A stretch of DNA of 57,876 bases from Psammoneis japonica (lineage: Eukaryota): contig QPGO01000124.1 in assembly GCA_008632985.1 (NCBI GenBank), positions 186,001 to 243,876 of the forward strand. The letters run 5' to 3'. Of this stretch, positions 48,303 through 57,876 are shown piece after piece (position 1 is the first letter of the stretch; each line of letters begins with the position of its first letter). The position numbers were made by a program, and so were the translations under genes. A model generated the notes under the pieces. That model ran no database searches. It had not been told where the DNA came from and was given only the letters and a program-made list of their open reading frames with translations.

Positions 48303-51300
48303 TTAATGGTTTGAGTCTTGCCCTTGCCATGTTTAGTGTTCATAGCCACAAACAAGATTGGAGTAAGATGAGTCTTTTTAACTTGTTTGCGGGATTGGCC
48401 TGCAACTCGTGTACGATGGCAATTCAGTTGTTCATTTGTGCATTCATCCAATGCATTAAAACTGCGGGGGTCACCGATCCAGTGTTTGTCATTCATTGTC
48501 CCGGACGATTGCTTGTTCGTTGGACTTTGTTGGCGAAGAAACGTGACAATTGCATTCAATGTGCTTTTGTTCGAACATTTGGTGTGAGTTGAGCTCACGT
48601 CATTGATGACGTCACAAGGGTCTTTCTGGGTGGGCGTGCGTCGGAACTGCCTGACACCGGCCTCGTTTGGCGTCGAAGGCTCAATTAAAATGGCAACAGA
48701 TGATGTCATCAACCTAAGCAGGAAAATGTCCGACGTGTCTTCATGTCTCACGGATTTCATTTATGAAAATAACAAACACTGCATTTGCGGTCAAATGCAG
48801 AAATGAAATTATTTGGATTCGTTGGCAGTGCAATGCTCGTGGAAACAATGCGAAAAACAACAAACACTGGATGTGCACCCTGCGCGATTTCGATTAGATC
48901 AGCGATGCCTGTGCCTGTGTCGTGTCGGCCCCCTTCTCAGGTGCCCAAATCTTCGGAATCACTTAAGTTGAGGTCGCGGAAGTGATTGAGCTCCTCCTCG
49001 CGTGCCTTGCGCTTTTTCTGAGCGTTGGCAAAGAACTCCTCGACCTTCGATCCGATGAGAGTGTCAATGTCTTCCTCATTCCGAGGTTTTGTGTTGGGCT
49101 TGCTGCCTCTGTCATTGGAATGTCCAGTCTTGACACGTTTCACGTGGTGCTTGAGCTGACGGCAATCCTCCGCATGATGTCCACAGTCAGTCCCGTGTGG
49201 CATGCACGACTTCTGGGTGTTCGGTTGGGTCGGGATCAATGACTCAGGATTGTCCATTCTACGTCCCCGCTTGCGTGGAATCTTAGCATTTTGGTCCAGG
49301 TTGCCTTCGGCAAGCTCGACCTGCTCGATGCGCTTGCAGAGCTGCACAAATTCGGTGATGGCATGCGCCAACGAGTCAAAATTCTGCAACGTCATGAACT
49401 TCTGCCATGCGTTTGGCACACCACACTCGAACACATTGCACAGTTCGTCATTGGGCAATGGTGCGGTGCTTCTCCATCCTCCGTCACGGGTGGAAACTGA
49501 GAGATGTGGCCGTTAATTTCAACAGCCCTTGCGACGCAGTCACGAGTGGAAACCTCTGCGGGCTTGCGCATGAAGCGCCTCAGATGACACTTCTGCAATG
49601 GTGCCGCCCCATGTGGGAAGACACTTTCCTCTAGCTTCGCGATGCACACTGCGTGTGCAGCATTGGTTTCGGATGCCTGCGTGTCAGCGGCATTGTTGAA
49701 TGACGTCAGAGCATCGCCCTGTGGTGGGTCACGCACAAGGGCAAATTTCGCTGGCCCGGTCATCATGTTTTGTCCTTCGTGCACGCGATCCACGTTGCGC
49801 AGAAAGATTGGGAGTGTCTCGCATGTAGCCGCAGAAAGGTGTGGGATGCCCATCTTGTGCGTTGGACTGTCCGGATCAGCAGGGTTGTTGCGCAGTTTGA
49901 ACATCTGGCACTCGCCCTGCTGTGGCTCTTTCTTCTCCGGCCGTGCAAACGGAATCGGCGGCTCAACCCGCTTCTTCATGGTCGTTTTGAGATTTGTTGG
50001 TCCCACCAACATTTCGTAGTTTTGTTTCTGTGGATTTCGTCACCTCGCACAACATGCGGGAGCAATGTTGCTGTGCCCCATGCATGCACCAGGCGCTGAA
50101 AAAGAAGATGTGTTGCGACTTTGTCGTTGTGAAAATTGTGAGCCAGCTCAGAGCAGAGAAAGTGGGATCGTGCAAACAGGGAATCTTGCCAAATCCCCAT
50201 TTGTTCGCATTTGGATCGCATCAAATCAATCGTGCATTCGCACTGTGGATCATGCGAGTCAAGCCATCACGCACCATGCATGAGTGATGTCATCGTGTGG
50301 AATCACGCTGCCATCGTGGGCCAGACGACGGGCCAGTGTGCTTCACACGGATGCTCTCTTAGCATCCTTCTGGAATTGCCTGAGACCTAGAGCCACGCCC
50401 TCCTGTGGTCGTGCTTCCCAGGTGCGCGTTGACAATGCTGCATTGTCACGCACAAGAGGCTTGTGCACGGTCTCGCCATGTTGTCCAGTGGCAAGGCATG
50501 CTGCACTGGACCTGGAGTGCGTCTGCTTTGCCAAGACCAACAAAAAGGAACAGTGCCAGCAGCAGAAAGCAGCTCTGCATGTTGGAGCAGCAAGCAGCCA
50601 GAGCAGCAACAGCAACAAAAAGATGAAAAGAGTGGAAGTCACAGCATCTGAGGTGGACAGAAATGACCTCCAGCATGCACTGGGACAAGGTGGGCAGCAG
50701 CAGAAGCAGCAGGGCAAGCAAACAAAGGCTTGCTTTTGTGAGGAGGGGATGAGCAAAGTCAAAAAGTCATGCAGAGAAAAGCAAACCAGCTTTGTGCAGC
50801 CTTGGTCAGGTGGTGGCTCACGCACACGTTGTCATGCACAGCCACAGCTGCTTGTGAGAGACACCAAACACGCAGCACAAAAGAGGGTGTGCTGCTGGTC
50901 AGCTCCCAGCTGCAAGAGCTTGGCCTCTTGCATCACCAGCTCAGGACACTTTGTACAAAAGTTAAAAAGCAAAATGCTTTGACCAGTGTGTGTGGCACGG
51001 TGACAGGAAGTGGGTGAGACAAGCCTTGTTTGAGAGATGAAGGGGGGTTCAGCTGCCAAGCACTGCTGCAAAGACGAGAAGAAAAGACTAAAGAGAGATG
51101 GGAAACATGCAACAGCTGACAATGGCACCTCTTTCTGCTTGGAATGCCTTTGCATTTTCTGAGTTCACTCTCCTCGTTGCTTGTGTTAGACTGGTGAAAT
51201 TTGTGCCAAGATCTGTCCTCTTTCTTGCAGAAAAATTCAAGTCAGAAGCACAAAAAACATGCCAGAGCCTGCACCACCAGTGGCGTAGAATGGTTCAGGG

Positions 51301-52799
51301 TGCACACAAATTTTGTGCCACAGTGGCGCACGTGATTTTTACATGAGATTCTACATGTGCCCAGTGGCACAGATCCAGCACAAAAGCAACAAATTTTTGA
51401 AGTTTTGTGGCGTACAAAGTCAGTGTGTTGTGGCATAGATTCGACATCAACAAGGCTTCGCGCAACACTTGCAACAACCAAGACAACAGAAAACCGCTCG
51501 CAAAATGTTGCTCCCACTTTACACGTTGCAGCTGATGTGGTGTTGTTCATTCATCTCACTCCTTTTCATCGTGGAACCTCCTGATGACACAGAGGGTGTC
51601 TTTCAGGCATGTGCATTGGTCTGATTGCCCCCCCTCTTTGGGCAAGAATGGGGCATGTGGTTTGCTTCTTGAAGACACCAGACCAGCCACAAGGAGCTTG
51701 CAGTGGAGAGCTGGCAAGCAAAGCACTGGGCTGCGCCACAAGGCACTGGCTGATGGGACAGCATTGGGCAAGCACAACCACAAGCATTTTCCTGAGGGCA
51801 CTTTGCACCACATGTGACAAAGCCAGAAACATGGACTGAGAAACACAGACAGAGCCAGGTTTTGCTCAGCTGGCCACCCAGAATTCAAGCAGGGGTGCAG
51901 CCAGAATGAAGAAGGCTGCAGGTCAATTTGAGGTCCCAGTGGGAACTTGCTTTGCATGTTTGTTAACAGCCTGCTGCAGAAGCCATGGCTGCGCTGGAAA
52001 TCCAAAGGTGGCTGTGCGTGATGGGGTGGATCTTGCAAATTCTCTCAAGATTTTGTCATGCATGAGGCCAAAATTTGGGTGCAGCATCCACAGATGCTTT
52101 GGGAGAGATGCTGTGAATTTGTCAAGGCAGGCACTTCTGACAGCATGGGTGGGGAAGGCCAGTGCTTGTTGCCAGGGATCTTTGTGAAGATCTTTTGAAG
52201 AGGGTGACACTGCATTTTCTCACTTGGAAACTTCAGAGAATTGTTTGAACACAGTGGGGCTAAACCCGCTAAAGTGTGCATTGAATTTTGGAGAACAAAG
52301 AAGACACAGATCCGCAGCAGTGGCCACCAAGCTGGCGGGGCAAGGCTTGGAAAACAAGCTGCTCAAAAAGCCATGATGGGCTGGCAGCAAAACAATCCTC
52401 ACAAATGATGCCACTGTCAAGCTGCCACAGACTGGCACAACTCCACAGTTCTCCAGCATGCTGTGGGAGCACACAAAGCCACAGCACCTCAAGTCACAGA
52501 CAAGCTGCTCTTGCAGGCAGAAGGAGCCCAGCCAAGGGTTGCAAGTTGACAGCCCCACAGCATCTTCTCTTTTTCTCCTTTTTCCTTTTTTCCTCTCTCT
52601 CTTCTCCTTTTCAGTTTATTCTTCTGAGCTGCCTCCGGCGGCCACCTCTTTCATTCTTCCCACATGCCGAAATCTCACGTTAGTGCGCGCTGCATCACGG
52701 CGGTTTAAAGCTGTGTTTGACTAGCTAGATTAAAATGACAAAGGGGCAATGTGTGATGACTCTAAAAGTTACCCGATTAAGCATGTAACAAATTCGTCT

Positions 52800-53115
52800 T
52801 TAAGTACGGTATAACCTTCTGACGTCGTTTCCCATATGTACGGTATAAAATTTGTACCGTACATAAGGTCAATCACTTAGGATGACCTTCCACGTCAGCG
52901 AAGTCGACATGTCCGTTCCCCAATCGGCCTTTCTGTCATTGTATTTAAATGTGGATGTCATTTTATAGCGTACATAAGGGAGATTTATAGCGTACATAAG
53001 GGAACAATGACCCTTCATCGTCAGCAAGTCCATATGTACGCTATAAACTTTATAAAGCTACTTACTTTTAAAGGATGACCGTCTGCGTCAGCAACATCGT
53101 TATGTACGCTAACCC
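52800..53115. repeat. Cluster of about 7 TATGTACG(C/G)TATAA motifs in both orientations
   Basis: Copies near 52803, 52835, 52853 (rc), 52963 (rc), 52985 (rc), 53034 and 53101. Confidence 0.75.
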
Positions 53116-54299
53116 AACACCATTTGACGACCTGCCGAAATTCACGTGCGAAGTCAGTCCCCCCGATTTTTCTTATGCAAAAAATGGAGTTGGAACGCCG
53201 TTCTTTTTTGGTGTGAGCTCTTTATACAATAAACAATGCGTACATTATTTCAAAATAGTCAGATTCGATGAAAGAAACAGTAGAACAGTCTCTCAAATGC
53301 CACTGAGCAACAACAACGCGCAGTTGGCTGGCTGTCAGTTTCCCACCAAAAAACACCGCTTTCGAGACAGCACTTTTCTTGCATGTGTGCACCCTCTGTT
53401 GGAGGGTTTTGAGCACCCCAATTGGTTGAATGGATCGGAATTGCTCAGGATGTCCGGATGACTTACATTTGTCTTGATGGTTGCAAATGTCCGCAGCTGA
53501 ATCTGTCGCCACAAGCCCATGATCGAAAAGGCAATCTGCCGATGAGATCCACCACGGGAATGGAAACAACATGTGTTGTGAAAGGAGAATAAATGTCATT
53601 GAGGAACATGGTGGAATGGAGAGAAAGAGGATTCCACCTCACCCAAGTGTGAGACCACACTCGCGCAGATGCAATGTTCGCATTTTGGCAAAGTGTGGCC
53701 AGCAACTGCGACTGCGCTGGAGCATCCTTTGACTGCCATTTTCATCGCACCCATCGATGCAACATCGCTGGGTTCTGAGCATTGCTTTCCTGGCTGCTGC
53801 TTTGTCAGAGCCAACCACTTTTTAGCCAAGGAGAGACGTTCTGTGAGCGACCAGGATGCGCCCAGCATCAAGATTCGAATCGAGAGTCAGGGGCAGAAGC
53901 ACTCCTGCCGATGCACAGCTGAGGAAGTTGAGCAAGCCGAGGAGGTTTGCGCCCATGTCGAGACCTCAAGGCAACTGGCAATTGTCAAGGCAGTCGAACG
54001 AAAGCCAGGAGAGCCCGCCTCGCCTCTTGCAGATCCGGTGGAGGATGCTGGATTGACGACATCGACAGAGCCAGAGCTTCGTGTCTTGAACAATGGGCTC
54101 TTGACACTCGAGCCGGGCATGAGGAGTGCCCGTGACAAGGTCACAGAGGCCCAAAGAACATTTTGTTGACCAGCGAAAACAACACTGTAACATGCTCAGG
54201 AACAAGAGCTCAAAACCAGTGACGAGAACACTGCAAAACCGACCACGTGGAGGACAAACTGCACCCAGGCCTTCCGTGGACGCCACCTTCTGGGAACTC

Positions 54300-57200
54300 C
54301 AAGGCACATTGAACTCTCCCCACTCCAAGATGACTGACACCGATTGGGGTGGTGATGCATTCCCAGATGCACCACCTGTCAACGACGATCTCAAACTCTT
54401 CTTGACCGACCCATCCAGTGGACCCGGCCTGTCTGATGCCACGGCCAACCTCCTGCACAGCCACGGGATGCACACCATCAAGCAGTTTGTTGAGTTCTCA
54501 TCCTTGCCCCTCATTGCTGTCTTTGACATGATGGGGTGTGAACCGTTCAAGAACCTTGGCTGAGGCCGCACGCATTCAAGCCCATGGCATGCATGCCAAG
54601 GACAACCTCACTGACAAGGAGGGCAACACCGACGTCACTCTGTTCAACTCGGAAGCATTCTTTGCTCTCAGGCAACAACATGCACGCATCATCTGAATTG
54701 CCCTCTGCAACGCCTTCAGTGAATGGCACGCACCAACAGCGCAACACCACCACCAAATGCCAGCACCCCCACGGCACCCACACCTGACTCATCCGCGGAA
54801 GCTTCCACCCCAGCAACCGCCACAGCCCCTCTGACCCCCACCACCACAGCCGCCAAGAATGCCCCGGCCAAGGACCACCGTTGGACCCACCACCCACCCA
54901 CTCTGCCTCCCACCGACTCACCTCTGCCGGAGGCATCCCCACTGCTGCGGTTTCCGCCCTGATGCCCGACCACCCCATGCGGCATCGCCCACTGCGCCAC
55001 ATCATGGCGACAGGGGGGGATGCCCAATTGATGACGGCGCTCTCTCCGCTCCCAATTCTGACAGTGCCACACTCTCCTGCATCGATGTGGAACACTGCCA
55101 TCACCTGCGGAACCCTCTCCCATGTCGCTCCAAGGAACATCACCATGTTGTCCGCAAATGGCACCCCATGTTGGTCAAGATCACATGGGACGGGGACAAC
55201 GTGACATTCCCACAAGTCAAATCCCTGTTCGAGGGGCACTGGATCATGCAACACGCTGGCTGCATGATGGACCCTGACTTCCTGCAGGCTTGCGAGGAAC
55301 ATGGCAAGCAAGTCTTAGAGTTGATGCCTGACTTGCAACCCAGCATCACCCTTGCTCAACTCCTGGCGGACCGCGAATGTGTCTGTGGCGCCTCAGTCAC
55401 GGCATGCCACAAGGGCGTGGGCAAACAATTCCCAATGCCACACAAGAAGGACAAGGATGGGTTTGAGGCTTGGCACGCATTCCCAGAACACCACGAGGGC
55501 AAAGGCACATCTGACTCACTGTGATCCAACTGGGAAGATGCCATCAACGTGAGATGCTCTCAACACTGCACCGGGGGAGTGACAGCATTCATCAATGACT
55601 GCAAAACTGCCTTCACAGAGATCAATCAAATCAACGTTGAGACTGCCATGCATCAAGACACACCTGCACACGCGGCATGCCAATGGACGGATGGTGCACG
55701 CAAGGCATGGCTGCTCACTGACCTCTGCTCCAACTCGACGAGAGACATCGTGGCCCAATGCGACTCCCTGTCCTGTGGCAAGACCTTAATCCGCCTTCGA
55801 AAATGGGCACATCGGCATGACAAGGACCGCATGGAGAACAGCTGTCGACGTGCCAAGACTGCCAAATGGGAAGCTGCCCCTCTGGATGACGACTTCAAGA
55901 CCATCCTCCATGCCACAGTCGAAGCACACATCAACGCTGTGCATCGCACCCGGAAGGGCACGGATGTCCCCGACGATTGCGACACACCTGCCGAGATCCT
56001 GCAATTGACGCCAGACAAGGACAAGGGCACCATTCTGCACGCCGTGATGAGCTCGTTGACAAACTCATTGCCGATGTCAACCAAGACACATCACCATGTA
56101 CAGATGGCAAGCACAGACACGATGACAAGGCTCTGCCAAAACAGCACCCAAACCGCAAAGCCCAGAAGACAGCTGCTGTGCACAAACAGGCATCAACTTG
56201 CCGATGAACCTCTGATGACTCAACCACATCGTCTGTGTCCAGCACCAGCACGACAAGCAGCGGAGGTGACACCACACGGTCACTCCTCAAGGTGTCCCAA
56301 GACCTGGTGGGCCTGTTCCGCTCCGTAAACATGACCCGCTCCGTCATCAGCAGCATGCCATCCCTCGAGGCACATGCACTCCTGGGACGTGCCAGAAATG
56401 ACCAACCGTTGCTCATCTCTGATGGCGGTGCTGACACCGGAGCATTCGGACAAGGCTGACATCCATGTGGAGACACAGGACGGAAGGCCAACCTCATCGG
56501 ATTCAATGAATCACTGCACGTGTCGATGATCTTGCCATCACCAGTGTCATCACAGCAGTGGACTTGCCTGACGACTCTGTGGTGCTTCTAGCCATGCACA
56601 AGGGTGCAGCCAACCCCACCGTGCCCTTCTCACTTTTGTCGGAATGCCAATGTTGCGAAGCAGGGTGCATCGTGGATTCAGTCGCCCGACATCACCTGAG
56701 TGGATCTGGCCACCGTGGTGCACAATGTTTCACCACACCCAACAGTGTCATCATCCCCTTCTCAACACACGGGGCACTCATGACTGTCCCACACTGCATG
56801 CCCTTGGATGATGAACTCTGCAATCTCACCCCCATTGACATCACTGGATCTGAAGCATGGAACCCTGCCCTGCACTGTGCTGATGCCCAAGATCCTGATC
56901 CGGGTTTAGTCGCAGCACAAGTTTCCTCCACTCATGCCGCACGGGGGGACATGCTGGATCGCAACAATCTTAAAGACGCAACTGCAGTCACCATCAAAAA
57001 CATCAACCATGACGAATGATGACTCGGTCCCTGACCTGATCAACCGCGGAGCCAACGATGACGATGACAGCACTGTGACCTCCAACAGCTTGGTCCCAGC
57101 ATTGATCAGCCGCAGAACCAACGATGATGATGACAGCACTGTGACCTCCAATGACTCAGCACCAGACCTGATCCTCCGCAACAACAATGATGATGATGAC

Positions 57201-57876
57201 ACAGTCGACACTGCCTTCATTCCCGATGATGACTTGAGGGCCCGCTGGAAGACCAAGGCAATCAAGGAAATGAGATGCAAGAAGACGGGAACAACCCACA
57301 GGACGACAAGTCCGTCCCCGGCCTTCGTACACAGGATGACAGCTCAGTGGGATCCGACAAAAGCGAGCTGCCTGACTTGCCTCATGAACCGAGACCACGA
57401 ACATGCTCCAACGACATCATGCCCGTGCACCCAGAAGACACCGAGGATCCTCCGTCACCTGCTGATGAAGAATTCCATGACTGCCTTGTTGATTTGGAAG
57501 AGACCGTCGTGGATCCCATCATCGGTGTGGAACTGCAGTTCATGGACGAATCGATGTCGGGCCAACAAGACGGCATCACTCACGATGTAACGACACACCA
57601 ATGCAAGCCCAAGATGAACCCCTGCACTTCTTTGATGCATGGGAACGGGTCCCAGGACAACACAAGCGAGCGTTCCACCTGACTTTCTGATTGCGCCCAC
57701 ACTGCGACTGTCAAAGAATGGGATCTCGATGAGCACCTAGATTCACTGGACGATGACGAACTGTTCGGCAAGAACGCACCTTTTGACTCCTTTGCATGTG
57801 CCACCCGGGTGGCTCAACGTTCCTTCACTGAATCCGAACTGGAAGCTCTGCGCCCCAACTTCCCCTTCCGACCAAG
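54300..57876 (+). mobile_element. Second Ty1/copia (CoDi-like) element: decayed gag and protease, running off the window; 5' boundary uncertain
   Basis: gag-like KITWDGDNVTF...FEGH; protease ISDGGADT and LLSECQCCEAGCIVDSVARHH; EALRPNF at the window end parallels ESLRPHF before the integrase of the first copia. Confidence 0.8.
57015..57210 (+). repeat. 66-bp coding tandem repeat, about 3 copies (DSVPDLINRGANDDDDSTVTSN)
   Basis: GATGACAGCACTGTGACCTCCAA recurs 66 bp apart, followed by a third diverged unit. Confidence 0.85.

Larger units (their letters stand above)
42021..50506 (-). mobile_element. Ty3/gypsy LTR retrotransposon, decayed, with 4 nested insertions
   Basis: Direct-repeat LTR blocks at 42021-42457 and 50073-50506. 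PPT GGGGGAG just inside the 3' LTR. gag about 49980-48940; PR ALLDSGAS; RT DLNMGCCHI and HSDDLL; RH HTDAS; IN CDRGTEF and NPQAN..VERVH. Domain order PR-RT-RH-IN. Confidence 0.95.

Noticed and set aside
28275..50506. Alternative genetic code or recoding to explain Tyr->Cys/His
   Set aside because: Neighbouring genes use Tyr normally, the change also affects non-coding LTRs and TSDs, and the TE ORFs carry frameshifts.
1..57876. Hundreds of overlapping 60-300 aa Cys/His-rich ORFs on all six frames
   Set aside because: By-product of TA loss: TAA/TAG stops and Tyr codons are removed and TGY/CAY codons inflated. They are not independent genes.

Overview
Eukaryotic genomic DNA, most likely a diatom (inferred from CoDi-type Ty1/copia elements, a periplasmic-binding-domain class C GPCR and a short GT-AG intron). 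Four host genes sit in two islands of normal composition: ATP12 and an RNase Z-like metallo-beta-lactamase (~6.3-9.5 kb), and a GPCR with several frameshifts plus a Pro/Thr-rich membrane protein (~14.3-18.9 kb). The rest is nested, decayed transposons: a 16.8-kb PIF/Harbinger-like element defined by TIRs that encloses a copia and a MULE, a Ty3/gypsy carrying four nested insertions, a second copia and MITEs. The main observation is a repeat-restricted hypermutation signature. Repeats and duplicated genes have lost most TpA dinucleotides through TA->TG and TA->CA (A:T->G:C on both strands), so conserved Tyr becomes Cys or His throughout. Surviving TAs are mostly in YTAR context, and the genes are untouched. 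The direction is opposite to fungal RIP. It is directly visible in LTR pairs, a target-site duplication and a gene/paralog pair inside the window. All counts and alignments were done by eye.
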